DNA from: Paragordius varius
Taxonomy: Eukaryota; Animalia; Nematomorpha
DNA: 64,000 nucleotides
Direction of reading: 5' to 3'
Assembly (NCBI GenBank): GCA_964247055.1
Contig: OZ176053.1
Span: forward strand, 3,534,001-3,598,000
Part shown: positions 12,270 to 27,127 of the stretch, one piece after another
Numbering within the stretch: the stretch's first letter is position 1
Layout: each line of letters starts with the position of its first letter
Made by a program: the position numbers and the translations under genes
The notes under the pieces: model-generated
Seen by the model: only the letters and a program-made list of their open reading frames with translations
The model's database searches: none
Told to the model about the DNA's origin: nothing

Positions 12270-13570
12270 TACCTTGTTTCATAATCTTTAAAGGGTATAT
12301 TTTTTCTTTTAAAATAATAAATAAAACAGTATTAATGATTCAAAATTATATTTTATTACCTTTGCAAGTCATATAGCCATCTCGCTTAAATTTGTAATTG
12401 TTAACGACTTCATGCCTGTTTAAAAGTACCTGTTTAATAAGAAATATAATTTATTAAAATTTGCACTTACAAATCACCAAGAATGACCTATCTTCATTTA
12501 TGGTTTAATATGAAGTTTGTACAATATAATAGGTGTGCTTTACCATTTGCTTGTTTTTTCGTTATTATTGTTCTATTCGCACAAAGCACAAAATTATGGA
12601 TTTCAAAAGAAATATAACAGAATGTCTTTCATGGTGTTTTCGGTTTTGGTAAACATGAGTTATATAAGTTATGACCATGATAAATTTTTTATCAAAAACT
12701 CACAAAAATGCCCGCTTAACCAAAATTTGTAGAAAAAATTTTCTAATAGAAAGATCTTTGGGATTCTCTGGTGCTTGTTTTCAGGGCTTAAAGTCATTTG
12801 AGAATTTTTCCACTGTAATTATTCCATAGCTAAGATTTTCCAAATTAGCGCATATTAAATGATTTTTTGGTTTAAATCCTAGTTTTGGGAAAATTTGTAT
12901 ACTTATAAAAAGATACTTGAAATCGAATCCTATTAATTGCATTTAATTGAAATCTATAGAAGAAGGAATTTCGTTGATAAGGTATATCAGGTATTTTTAT
13001 AAATATTTCCCCATACTTACCATGAAATACGCTATAACAAATATTACTCATTGCGCCCAATCGGAGAGCATAAAAATCTTGTGGTAATATATACACTGCG
13101 TCCGAAAGAGGCTATAAAAAATAGCCTAATAATATATATATATATATATATATACTTATGGATAAATGTCTCAAGATTTTCATTTCGCTTTTAATTTTTT
13201 GGCCCTTACAATTAATTTATGAAAGTTATTAAAAACTTTGCTATTACGCGATATCAGAAAATGGCAAAATTTGCGCTCATTTTGTTAAATTATATTTTTA
13301 CCAAAAGTTAAATGCTTCATACCAAAAATATCACTAAAATATACCATAAACTACATAAAAAACCAAAACTATGTTTCTATAAAATTCAAATTTTTAGACG
13401 CTTCCGAAAGTCTCGAACACACTTTGTTTTATGGCCCGTAGTAAGATTCTAAACTTAAAGTTCCATGTGAAACCTGATATATTTATGTGTTTGAATAAAT
13501 ATATTTAATCAGTTGCGAGAATTTAAAAGTCCAGTTTAAAGGCGTCCAAACAATTACGACTTTAGGTGCC

Positions 13571-13960
13571 TGTTAGAGGCTAATTTGAATAGACTTGGTA
13601 AACACACTACATTCGTTATATATCAGTGCATTAACCTATTAACTTATCTGTATACTATTATTATATTGTTATAACCTCCCCACCACTTGTGAATATTATT
13701 ATTATACCTTGCAGTACATTAACCTATTAACTTATCTCTATACTATTATTATATTGTTTAACCTCCCCACCACTTGTGATTATTATTATACTTTGAGATA
13801 ATTGTATATAAGCAAACATCTTACCTTGATATATGTGAATACATTAAACCTAATTATCGTAGATATATATATATAGAGATCATGATATAACGCGCAGTTG
13901 TTTTTGTGATATACAATATTTTGTGATATACAATAAATTCCTTGCCATCCCCAAATAATA
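13571..13960 (+). mobile_element. Solo LTR of the Ty3/gypsy family whose 5' LTR is at 61048-61376
   Basis: Starts TGTTA and is flanked by a 5-bp TSD GTGCC (13566-13570 and 13961-13965). Shares blocks with the reverse complement of 61048-61376 (GGCTAATTTGAAT, ACATTCGTTATATAT, TATTATTATTATACCTTG, AAGCAAAC, CCTTGATATATGT, ATACAATAAATT, TCCCCA). Contains an 88-bp tandem duplication (starts 13624 and 13712). Confidence 0.85.
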
Positions 13961-15403
13961 GTGCCCTTATTTTAAAATTCAAATCATTGTTTAACTTTTA
14001 AATTTTTATAAATTTATATTACTTTTAGCGTTTACCAAAAAATATTATTTTATATATGTGTGCGTTGATTTTACGATTTTTCCATATGTAATACCACAAA
14101 GGTGGAAATAAATTTCTAAAATGACTCGTGAGCCCAAACAAAAGAACCATTCCTGTTTTTTATGCGAATATTTATTTCACGGCGAGTGTATTGTTTAATG
14201 GATTTTTTTTCTGTTTGTCCTCACATTTTTATTTGTAGTCGCCGTTAAAAACTTGGAAGGTTAGTAAACCAATATATATTTTCGCCATTAAAAACACCCA
14301 AAATATAAATATTCTTTGTTAAAAAGATATCTTATCTGCATGTATATCAAAATATTATATAAAACATTTAATTGGTCGGAACCGGCAGTCATCAATCTTC
14401 ATAACCAGTAAATTACAGCATAAGTGAGTATACATTAATAGTTTTTCAGAATATTATTGCCAGATAGCTATACACTTAAGGTGTGTATTATCAGCTTATA
14501 GTTATTTTTTTGTTTTTTACTGCTATTGGCCAATATTCACAGTATATGCTATCTAGTAACAACTAATGAAAAATTAGCAATGTATCATTTACTCATACTG
14601 TAATACTAGCAATATATGTGTGTTATTGATCTAAAATATATATTTCTAAGAGTTTGAATGAAAATGAAACATTACTTTAATTTTTTACATTTAAATTTTA
14701 GACTTTAACTAAATCGGTGATAATTCTAAAAACTTTTCACTGGGTTTTTTCGGTGTCACAGTCAAGGTTTACATGGAGCATTGGGATTGTTAAAGCGTTT
14801 TGTATTACTAATCTATTCAAAAATTATGAAAAGCTTTTGAACAAAAGTGAAATTTTATTTTTGCATTGATTTATATAAATTTCATAAATTACACGCTCAG
14901 TTGGTAACGGATAAAAATTTGATATTATACTTTTTATTACCATGATCAAGCTTGCAATTACTGGTTTTATATTATTTATTGCTTGTTTTTATTTATGTTG
15001 TCCTAATATCTAGCTATTGCAATTTACTAAATTAATAATCTAAAACAGAGGAGTCTTGAACAAGATAATTTTTTGGAAAACCGATACCTTATTATTGCCA
15101 TCATTTGCAACAAAAATATTTGTGAAATCGGAATAAATAAAGATTTCGCCTACACCTAGGATCGCTTTTAGCTAAGTATAGTGTATCTTTTATTGGATGA
15201 TACATTGCAGTATTTATCTATGATTTACTTGTTTATAAAATTTATTATATGTATTATCATTATGTATAAAATTCTTGCTGATATTGATATTTCGATATTT
15301 TGACCATAATTTTTCCGTCTCTTCGAACCTGAGTTGTATATAAAAATGGATAGAATACATAGCATAATATATATATTGATATATATATTAACATGATTTC
15401 AGA

Positions 15404-18400
15404 TTATGTTTGCCAAAAATTAATTGATTTTTTACAGTATTTTTCATCAGAATCATCCTCGGATCCACAGTTTTTCATATGATTGCAACGTAGCGAAGAA
15501 TCGATGCAGTAATTATTTTTTTGACAGAGAAATCCGCGTTCACATGCTATATAAATTTTCATATATATAGTAATTATTTTATTTTGGTAAATTATGTTTC
15601 CTACTTGTGGCGTTTGTCTTGACTTCGGTCCACGAGGCTCGAAACCCTTTAGATCCAGTCGCCTTTTTTGAAGATATAAATCTATTTTGAGAATGAATAA
15701 TAAATATAATAAAAGTAGTTTTTAGGGCACATACGTTTAACACTGTGTAAAGTAACGTCAAATTATATTCATTATTCTACCCTGATAATATATAATAATA
15801 AGGGAATTCTGCCCTGATTGATATCATCGAAAATTATTAGCTAATGGAATGATGTTGAAAAAAAAATATCAAAATAATAGCAAAAAAAGATATTAAAAAC
15901 AAAAACTATACATGTCTGCAATTATAACCTTATTTTCATAACTTCCGTATCGGATAAATATTCCGTTATATTAGTTGGTAGGGATGAACCACACACATAA
16001 GCTGGAGGAATGGTTAAATTTGTCCAAATGAGCAAAGCGGCACCAGAACACCCAGTTTCTAAGCGCCCTTCAAGAACAAAATTTGTTAAGACTAAGAGTA
16101 CACGATATCCAGGTCGGACCTTAATGAACCAATCACACGTTAGACTCACCTGATACTTATAAGGGTAATTTGGTGTTTTCACGATCCCACTACGTAAAGT
16201 AGATGAACTGCTATAATTATTGTTACACTCAGAATCGGCATCAGATTGACTTAAGAAAGCATATTGGGTAGAAAATCCTTCGGTAGTTTCCTTACATAAA
16301 AAATATTTTACACACTATGCTTAAAAGTTTTTATTACATTATTTTTAATATGCTTTAAAACTTTGTTGAATTATTAAATTCTATCTAATAATTTACAATG
16401 TTTACCTGAGAAGTTGCATTGAACTCCACAATGATTGCATTAACGCCGATTTGAGATTGAATTGGATAGGGTGACTTGATGCCACAAAAAATTCCAATAA
16501 GTTCAACCCTTTCATCTTCCCACACATAAAATATTTTCACGCTATCTAAATTACACCTAAATAATGGCAATAATTTTAACAATATATATATAGAGCATTT
16601 TTGTAAATGAGACTGTTGTTATGCCAATAAGTTACAAATTTTACCGTTTTAAATCGCTGAGATAATTATTATCAAAAGGGCTCATATCATCTGACAATGT
16701 TTTGGGCGGCAATTCAAATGTTTCGAAGGTTAATCTGATAATTTCCCGAGGTTGGACTTTAAAGGTGTAAAGGCACAGCGAATTTATGGGGTAATTGGCT
16801 GGATGCCTTGGGGAATTAAACGTTCCCTCCCTTTGACTAATGCTGTTAAATGTGAAATCACATTTCGATTTTTCTGGATGCGGGGTTCCTGGGATCCCAA
16901 AATCTACAAAATATTATAAAAAATTTTAATTATGATTTAAAATTCTAATGTAGAAGTGTTATAATTATATTAAGTTTTTTATTTGATATTTGTCAATTAT
17001 AATGGATAGCAAACATGTTTTATGATAAAATTATCACATATTAGATATAAAATGAATATTTTTTCAATAAACGATATCTGAAATCAAAAGTTATTTTAGA
17101 AACCAAACTGTCTAAGCATATCGGAATCGATTTTAATTCTTAAATTTATAACTTTAACTGATGAAAACAAACTATTATATATTTTCACCAAGAGGCAAAA
17201 ATAAAAAATCGACCAATTAAAATGCCGTGAAAATTAATTCAATATAGTTTGATCTGCCAAAATATTTGATAGGCGGTATATAAATAGAGTGGAAATAGAC
17301 CGTTAATGACTCCATTTTTAAATATAAATACCGGGCTATTACCCTTTATAAAGTCCCTTTTAAACTAATTTTAGACCGATGATCTTAAATTTTATAAATA
17401 TAATTTCCATAGATGGACCATATAGAGATGAGAATAGGCGATTTTTATTCACTTAATCCACTTTAAAAAATACGTGCAAATTACCTGTATCAAAATCGTA
17501 CCAAATTTTGAATCCATTCCCAACCAGACCACTACTATGGATTCGAATGAGAAGCAAATTTGATTTAGAAAATATTATAGGTGGTCGTTTGCTATTACAA
17601 AAACGCTCATCTGGTGGACTATTATGATCACGGATTTTATAATAAATCCCTACATAGGAATACTGGCATGTGGTATCATTGTTTGGGACATCAAAAGTTT
17701 GAAAGGTTAAAGACATTTTTTCCAAGTTGTCGCGATCTTTCAATCCCTATATATTTATATATTCATAATGTGCCAAATTTAGAGTATATGGTAATTTTCG
17801 TATTTTTGAACCAGCTTTCGGAATCCAAAAAAATCGGACATCACGTTACATATAAGGAAAATAAACTCAAAAACCGATTTTTACAGTCAGATGTTTAGTA
17901 AGATTAATCTATAAAAATCTTATATCTGATGCAAAATAAATTTTCCATAGATATTAAAATACATGAATTAATAGGTCTTCAATTATCAGTTATCCTTATC
18001 TAAAGACGCTTAATTTTTAAATATAGGCTATTGAATTTGTACTAAACAAGTGATTAACAATGAAAGTAACGCTTTTTTAATCAAATAACATTACAAAGTT
18101 AGTTTATATTTTTTAGTTTACAAAATTATAAATTTTAGTATTTCGCTCTGAATTTTAGTTAAAAAACTTGTTATTTTTCCATCTCAGGTTCCAAACGGGT
18201 TAATGACATGTTTTTTACCAAGAATAAAGAAGCCTTGTGTTAAATTAAGCAAATTCACAATCTAAAACTTTAGATATCTTCGCATAAAACCTCCATAAAC
18301 ACATTTTTACGAAATTTTATTTAATAATTTTGATTTTATTTCCAGAAATCTAAATTATTTTAGTCGCATGGCTTTAATAAATGCTTATGGGAAAAAGCAT

Positions 18401-21400
18401 ATTAATTTATAAATTTTACTAATGTGTAATATGCTATGATTTACAAATAAAAGTTAAAAACGTAAAATCTTCACAAATGAGACTGATGTGAGATATCCTA
18501 ATATACAATGTGACCTCCAATTTTTTGGATTATAAGGCTGTATTTTTCACTTGGAAGAACTACATTTTTGACCCTAAATTTGGCCTGCTATGTATGATAA
18601 AAAAAGAAAGGGGTTTTAGCATTAAAGGTATTTAAAACAATTTTACCTTAAGGTAATAAAAGCAATCCAAGTTTTTTCGATATGGCATAGGGTACATTGG
18701 TGAGAAAAGGGTCCCATTAGTTTCTCCCAAACTCAATATTTGTTGATCACATTCTATCCTTATAAAATGAATACCCTTAAACACAAAACTATATACCTGT
18801 TCCAATTATATGATATCCAGGGCTTGAGATGAAATCTAAAAATATATGGATGAAAGATCATCAATTATTTATAAAATTACAAAATCGCTCATAATTTATG
18901 ATTGGATGGATTAGCGATGCCACGGAAATAAAAACAGCTTTAAAATTTTTTCTCAATTAAGATTTCGGTTTATATATTTGTGGTGTTTCTTTAAAAAAAA
19001 GTTACCCAAATCCACTATATTTTTGTCAAAAACGAAATCCATTGTAAAACCCGTTTTGTTTTGTAACAAAGATTCTTTCGTGGTAAAACGGATAAATATG
19101 TTATGTGATGATGAATAAATGACTTTATTGCTAAGCGTTCCACACAAATTGGATATCAAGAGGCCTGATTCATCAATTTCATCATAAATTTTGATTGAAT
19201 CATAAGGGCAACTAATAAATAATTTTTTTCGATATAATTTGATAAATAATATCGAATATTGTCATTATATTATACTAAGAAAAGCAAATAAAATTTATAC
19301 TGATTGCCACCAAATTCCACATGTATATTGGTAAAATTGAGTTTTATCCTTTGTCCTGGAACACCGATAAATTTCCAGTAACAATTTAAGTTTGGCGTTA
19401 ACAAGGATGGATAAGTGGGTGAATAAATTGTTCCCGATTTCATGTCCCTTTGTGAAATGGTATAACCACAAAAATTTGTTGGATCCCTTTGTCCAATATG
19501 ATATGGTGCTATCAACATTGAATTATTATGGATTAGGCAGAATTAGTAAAAAATAATTTGATGCAAACATGAGCAAAATTAATAATAAAAATATATTTTT
19601 GTTAATTAATAGTAATTAAGTTGATATAAAGCATTTCCCTCCTTCCATAATGGCCTACTCCAGAATGAGATTTTTTAAACAAACAGCGTTTATAACTTAA
19701 TAAAATCATGATATTACAAATAAAGTTCCGCATATTAAGAAAAAAACCGCTAAATACCTTTTCTCATCATAATTAGAATGTAGATATGTTAAGTTAATAT
19801 AAATATATTTATTTTATATTTTTAATAAACAATTTAAAAAGTAAGCTATTTAAAAAAGGGTGATACGTATAGGCCCTATTTGTTTACGATTAGAGTAAGA
19901 TGGATATTTGCCATAATTTAACTTAACATAATTAATTGTGTAAATATCCTTACCTGCGTTGATAAATTGATATTTTGCCGAAAATCCCTTTTCATTAGCA
20001 ACAGAATCAGAAAATAACCCAAGTACCAATATATTGTGAAGTGATATATAGTTTTCTGGTATTTCATTACCACATATCCTATCATCTAAATATTCATCCA
20101 ATAGATTGAATTTATCGTTTTTAATTTCCAGATACACATCCACGTAAGCATGAAGACATCTATATCAAAGAGATTAGTAAAAAATTGCCATTAAAATTTA
20201 GCGGGGGCAATATTTAGAAGTTCTCAGGGAACAAGTTTTAAACACCTAGTTTGGCATTTAAGTTTTAAAAGCAAGTGGTAGGCGATTTTTGTCAGCATAG
20301 ATTGCGGACGTATAAAGCCCATTAAGTTTATAATAAATTATGGGTAAATTCAAGTTGTTTCTAGGGAAATATTTATGGCCCGAACAGGGTTTTAAAATTT
20401 ATTTACATTGTGATAGGATTAAAAAGACCTAAAAATACTGGAAATGCTTGCTTAATTATAAGTAAGCAATGCGATGCTTTGTAATTAAGCACAAAATAAA
20501 TTTTTATAGCAAATTATTTGAATTGTTTTAAAATATCGCCTCAATAAATTTACTAATAACAATTAATCAAAATTATAACCTATACACTTATTAATTTTTG
20601 ATTAAATTTAATCGTATAATTTCCAAGGTCAAATATAGTTATTGTAAAATAGAGAGGCCATTTTTTTGTATTGACTTTTTTTAAAAAAAATTATAGACAT
20701 CAAAATGCCTCAATTTATATATATATATATATATATGAATTTTCTCCTGGGATTGCGTGTGATATTTATACAGTTTAGATAAAATTAAATATAAACCTAA
20801 TAAATTATACCAAAATGTATGTTAGTTATTCATATCAAGTAAAATTAGGTTAAAAAATATGTGGACATTGCTTATGAGATTGGGAATCTTATTATAATTA
20901 TGACATATTACCACAATAAAATATTGTAAGGCTAATAAATAATCATTTTGTTATATAACAAAAATAAATATATATGTGAATGATAATAATGTACTAAAAA
21001 TTAAATTTTCATATATTGGTAGGCTTCAAAGCCACATGCTCCTACCAATCTTCATCAAAAAATTTTATGGATAAGGGGAAGTTAATACTTTTATAAAATA
21101 TAAATATAATTTAAAAAACGATTTAAATAAAAAATACTCTGGCATGTTCCCACCAAATGCAAATTCAGACCAAGATATGATAACTTTTTCATGTTTTCCC
21201 CCAATGAATCGGTAAAGGCATTGCATATTTTGTGGGAATTTATCTGGGAACATTGGGGTAGTGAAGTTTCCTTGTTTTGAATCATGGCTGTAAAAAGATT
21301 TATCGCAATCTATTAGGAAAAAAAGGTTTAAGATTGCATAAAAATAATTATAAAACTATTTGAATTTTTACTTAATTTTTGCTTATTCTTAAATATTTAA

Positions 21401-21913
21401 GAAAGTTAAAAAATCTATTTCTTTTTATTGTCAACAAGTAGGGATTTTTACACAACTGTGAGTGCTCTGCTGCCTAGTTAAGAGGATTGAATGGAGTTGT
21501 CGGATATCACAAGTTTATATTAATTAAGGCGTGTAGAATTTTAAGGTCCGTTTTTAAATTTAAAATAGTAGTTTTATTGTCAAAATTTGAAAAAAATATT
21601 AAATATTGACTGATTGACCGTGCTGTTTATATTTTTATAATATCCATTAATTTATTCACGCCAATTTTACTATAATTTAATCATTGGGTCAAATATTTAC
21701 ATATTTTGAATTTTAATAAGTAATACAGAGAAAATATCTGTAGATGGTTTATAATCAGTAATTAATTCCCCATATATATATTAGGATTTTTTATTTGTAA
21801 AAATGTATGCACATTATTAACAGTTATTATAATAAAAAAAGATTACCATAAATTCCATTGCTGAATTCCAATATACGAATAATAAAGATGGATAAAATCA
21901 GATATAATTTCAT
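15404..21913 (-). CDS. SOL-1 (suppressor of lurcher)-like protein: signal peptide, five CUB domains, one LDLa domain
   Basis: Exon 1 (21913-21847) encodes MKLYLILSIFIIRILEFSNGIY with a phase-1 join to DCDKSF. CUB motifs: FTTPMFP..CLYRFIG; RICG..ISLHNILVLGLFSD; IYSPTYP..GQRIKLNF..FGG CPYD; TECDQQILS..SPMYPMPY; GLKDRDNLEK; GIPGTP..FNSPRHPANYP; TPNYP..CDWFIKV..EGRLETGC..KGFRASWTEV. LDLa: CERGFLC..YCID..RCN..NCGSEDDSDE..C. The pattern closely follows the recalled SOL-1 family. No TM exon was found. Confidence 0.85.
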
Positions 21914-24900
21914 TAATGTTATACTCTATCTAAAAAACTGAAGACCAAATTTAAATTAATTTATTTCTTGTTAAAACAGAATTATGGTGAAAAAATAATT
22001 GCGCTAGAATTTATTGGGCGGTTAGGAGAAGGGGCCTTTTAACCTTCGCGAAAGGCATAAAACATGAATGTAGACTATTTGTTTCAAAATGAGATTAAAA
22101 AAACGATTCCTTGAAAATATATATATACCAATAAATTATCATCATTATTGAATATTATTTAATATTTTTATTAATGATATTTTAGATCACGAAAATAATA
22201 ATCTCTGAGGCGCCATCATCCAAATGCTATGTAGAAGAATCGTCGAAGGAATTACATCTTTCTTTTGGAAAACCAAAAATTTGTCTTTCAGTATTATTTT
22301 TTATTACATATATCATATCTGTGCACACACATTACTATATATAAGGTATATGTAACTTAGCGTAAGATCTATCATTTTTATTGTAAATGAATGGATGAAT
22401 AAAAAATAGCATTTGGTTTAATGCGCTTTCGTATTAAAATAACTAACTATAATAATAATGTTTTTAACATTGAAAAAAATTAAACTTTATAATGCAAAAA
22501 TGTTATTTAAAATAAACATGTTAAATAATAAATAAACGTAAATACCACACATGAATTTAGGGTTATCGCTCCATCAACCAGTTATTATTGTAGTTAATGC
22601 TTTATAAAATATATTTTTTTGTTATTCATATGTATTAAAATACAATAATATAATAATAATTCATTGGAGATAACTGATATATTTTCTACACGGGGCTTGT
22701 TAAAACCTTAAGTTTAAATTAAAAAGTGTATTTTATGATCACTCATTTATACAATACTGGAATAATGTTTAACTTCTGCGGTTAATAACATATAAGAGAG
22801 TCCCTTAGAATTCATAAAACTCGCTAAAGTCTTCGAAAAAATTTCCATCAAAGTTTTTTATATGTGCCTAACGAATTTGACCTAAAAACCCAAATTAAAA
22901 CGAATATTATCTATAATATTTTATTAATAAGATTAAATTTTATGATTCATTACAAATGTATTACTTGATAATCTATTTCAAAGTTATTTTGTGTTGTATT
23001 GTGTGTCAGCTTATACATATATAAACTATAGATCTTGCAAATATCACTTTAACCAATTCTGCGCGCTATATTCCCCTAAGATTTGTTCGCCTCATTTAGT
23101 TAGTTTGTTAGTTAGCTTTAATAAAAATTTAATATTTTACTTTTTACTCATTCATATATATATAACAACGATCCATATTTTTTATAGGACAAAACAAGGT
23201 TGTTTGAAAAAACCTTTGCTTTTGTTGTTATATACGATGCAGGATGGGAATTTTACAGAGATAATTTATAATAACATCATACACACACACACATTTTCTA
23301 AAACTTAGATATATAGATATATTGAATTACTATTAAATTCTCTGGACAATTTTTTTTAAAATTTTTTATATATGTGTATGACCGTTTTTTATGTTTCCTT
23401 CTCTTTTTTATGATCAATCCGCATTTTCCTTTCGCTAAATTTAGCTACAATAAATTTTAGAACACAGGAGGCACGTATTGTATTGCCAGTACTAATTAAT
23501 ATGTCATCTGTGTATCTCTCTCCCTCAAATAGTTAATTACATTAAGGTCGTAATTATGTTTTTTTGTGTTTTGTGTCATGTGTTGTAGGAAACAAAACGA
23601 AATGCAATTAATTAGAAATTCATGTTTTCCCAGTTATATATATATATATATATATATCTGTATACTTTAATAATATTTCAAGTCAATTTTTGGCTTATGA
23701 TTTATAAGATAGGCAGGCAACCTTAAAAATATGACTCGACAAAAGTTTCCGGTTCTAAAAACTATTTTTGCCAAAAAATCTTTTGGTTCCGGTACCAGTG
23801 TTCTTGCAGGAAAAGGGATTCCCGTTGCATTGTTTTTTTGTATTAGGATGGTTATGATTTCGGTTATTAAAATTTTTCAGATATCCTAATTTATTGATAC
23901 TAGAATATTTAACGGCAAAACTCTAACATATAGGGGCCAAAAACTAATGAATGCTTATTTAATCTCTAAAATCTAAATGGTATTTAATTGGAAAATAACT
24001 ATTTGTAAACAAGGTTGGTTAGTTATAAAAATCAAATAATTGTTTTTGAAATTTTTTTGGTTCTCAAACGGTTTTGGAAAGTGTGTGTGGTTCTGATCCA
24101 TCTCTCATAATTTAGATTTAAGCCCATTCATTCGTGCTAGTGTCATGTTGAACACATAATAATTCCATTTTTTTTAATTTAATTTAACTTTTTATTCGCC
24201 TTTTTAAAATAAGATGGAAATTTTTCGATTTTCACGTAACTATATTACATATAATAAGGGTAGAATCTTGATTTATATTAAACATACATAAAACATTTGG
24301 ATATATTAACAAATATAATCGTGTTATTTATCACCTTGCAAAAATATTATAGGCTTATACATTCAATATATAATTAATATTAAGTTTTGAGAATATGGGT
24401 ATAATTTTCTTAGCAGCAATTTTTCATAATAACTTTTTTATTGTGTAATGATTCCTCTAATCTAAAAAATTTAATTACCATAAATGGTCATAAAAAGAAT
24501 TTCTTAAAAAATTAGCATACTTTTTTTAATGTTAGCTGAAATTCTATCAGTTAAAAGAGCATTGAGGCATATAAGCCTTTGCGTGCCATAATCTACATAA
24601 CATCATAATGAATATTTGAAATCTTATGGATAGCATGCTATAAAAAAATAAAAAGTAGATAATTAAAATTATATAATTATAAATCTTATTTTTATTTAAT
24701 CTTGAGAAAAAAAATAATAAAAACCTAACCCCACATTCTTAATGGTAGGAGATAGTCCTTTAATGCCTCAACATAAACAAAAATCCAAAAAAGTCATATT
24801 TATAAATTTGGATATTTTGTAAACATTATTGGTTAGCACGGCAAAAGGAACCGCTGTTTTGTTAAAAAACGTCTATTTTTTCACAGATTTTGGAATTATC

Positions 24901-26690
24901 AATGTTTTTTGAGGGATTATAGAGCTTCAAAAATATTTTTGTTTGGGCACAATAAAAAGGAAATTTATTCTGATAATCAACTCAGAAGTTTTTTATAAAT
25001 TTGCTTAAATATCTAACTATTTTTAATTAAAAAGTGGTGTGGAACATAAGAAGTCACAACCGTTAGTTTCGCCCAAAAGATGTAAAAAATGGTTAGACAA
25101 AAAGTCCACACTAAATTTGGTTTGATAGTTATTGTGCAGTTTTGTTTTTTGGATTAGGCGCCGCCCCTATACCATAAGCAACAATTAATTCAATGTATGC
25201 CATTATTACTATACTAAAAAAATGAAGGGCACAAAAGTTAATTCGTTTTGTAGAATATTGAGCCATAAAAGATCATATCATGAGTCAACTAATACAATTG
25301 TCAAAAAATTAAATGGCGTTTGTGAACCGTTAATTTTTAAATGTATATTCAAGATAACTAGGATACTCATATGCCTACCCTTGTAAACAAAAAAATTCAT
25401 TAGAAAACTATAAATACAAAGCGCAACGCATAAATATAAAAATTAAAAAGCGTGCCTCAAACATCATTGTATTAACAAAACATTATTTTTGAATTTTTAT
25501 TTAAACAATATATTTGGGGTGGATGTTGTCCTTATAACAAAGTTATTTAATATTGTATTTATCAAATGGTTAAAAACTTTATTCCAGAGAGCTCTAAAAG
25601 TCACCAAAACAACTGTTAATATCAATTTATTAATAAATTTGCGGTCAAAATATAATCAAAAGCATTTAAGGTAATCCAAAAATGGAATATGAGATGCTGA
25701 TTTTTTTAATTTAAATTATAAAAAATGATCAAAGGTCAGAAATCGGACATTTTAACTTTGGCCTAATATCATAACATAATATTTAAAGTATTTGAATTGG
25801 AATCGCTTTGGGGTAGAAAATTTCTTCTAAAAATTAAACATGTCAGTTCTGTTTTTGCTAAGGGCCCAACTCTAAAATGATTTAAAAAAATCTTAAAAAT
25901 GGATTTTAAATAAAGTTGGCTTTAGCCTAACGTTTTTAAAATTAAACGGAGTTTTCGTGGTTCTTATTTAAAAGCTAGGTTTACATTATATAACGACTTT
26001 ATAGACTTATAAATATTATCCTTTACCCCGTATAGAAACAGCAATAAAGTAGAAAAGAAAATACGATGTATTAAAATACTTTTTTTAATCGATCATGAAG
26101 CAATAAGAAATACCCAAACAGCTAATAAAAATTAGCTCGAACAATGACTAAATAGATCTGCGTTAACTAAACTGATTTAATTGTTTTAAAAATAGAGGAA
26201 TGTTTGCCTTAAAAATAAAAACATCTATAAAATAATTTACTGTTTACATATTAATAATACAAATAATTATTAACAATTTAAAGAGTACTTGAAATATAGA
26301 TTGTATCAAATGTTAGCTTTCATTAATAAATTTAATCCATTAGGCTAAGTGCTTAAGGAAAAGATCTTTTTATTTTAGATATTTTAATTATAATTTAAGC
26401 GATATTGATATATTATATTTTATTGTTTCAATTTATGAGAATCGATAAAGTTATAAACGGGATTGTTTATGCAATATTTACTTTTTGAGCACAAAAGATA
26501 ACGAAATTGTTGTATTTAGGTAATGAACTTTATTTTAGTGCAATTCGAGTACAGTCAGATATTGGCTAATATTGGTCTGAAGGCTTATAAATGCAGTCGT
26601 TGACGGTGGATATATATCATATATTAACACTCCATTATCTTTTGAGGTTGTTTATATTGCAAAGCGATTTGATTTTGAATATCATAAATA

Positions 26691-26982
26691 TACCATTTAA
26701 CAATTTAAAATCACCCTTGAACAATTCAAATTCACCCACGAACAATAAATTCAACTTCAAATTTTTTTGAGATTTAAAATTACCTAGATTTTAGTATATT
26801 TTAAAAAAATAAATTTTTTAAATTAAATGATACTGAAAAATATAAACTATGCCATAAAGATATATTTCATATCAATATGAATTATATTTGTTTAAAAACA
26901 CATAATTTATTTTTAGGGTGAATTTAAATTGTTCAAAGGTGAATTTGATTTGTTAAAGGGTGAATTGGAATTGTAAATGGTA
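26691..26982. mobile_element. MITE family A copy with TA TSD and about 21-bp subterminal repeats
   Basis: TA-CCATTT...AAATGG-TA termini with repeated GGGTGAATTTGAATTGTTCAA-like units near both ends. Confidence 0.8.
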
Positions 26983-27127
26983 TGTTCAAGGTAATAAGCT
27001 AACTTTAAAAATATGCTTTCTTTAGTCTTTTTAACACATTGCACAAAAATAAAAAAAAGGTAAAATTTCAGCTCAAACATTTTCGCTGCCATTTTTTTCT
27101 TTATTTTTTTTAAATCGCCAATGTAAA

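Noticed and set aside
18754-18796. 43-nt SOL-1 intron that can be split as 21+1+21 nt (two micro-introns)
   Set aside because: Keeping the middle G gives a frameshift and stop, and there is no AG|GT recursive junction. It is read as one 43-nt intron.
26900-26982. About 21-bp periodic repeats (also at 53180-53270) resembling a CRISPR-like array
   Set aside because: They are tandem units without unique spacers, lie inside MITE termini with a TA TSD, and the context is eukaryotic with no cas genes.
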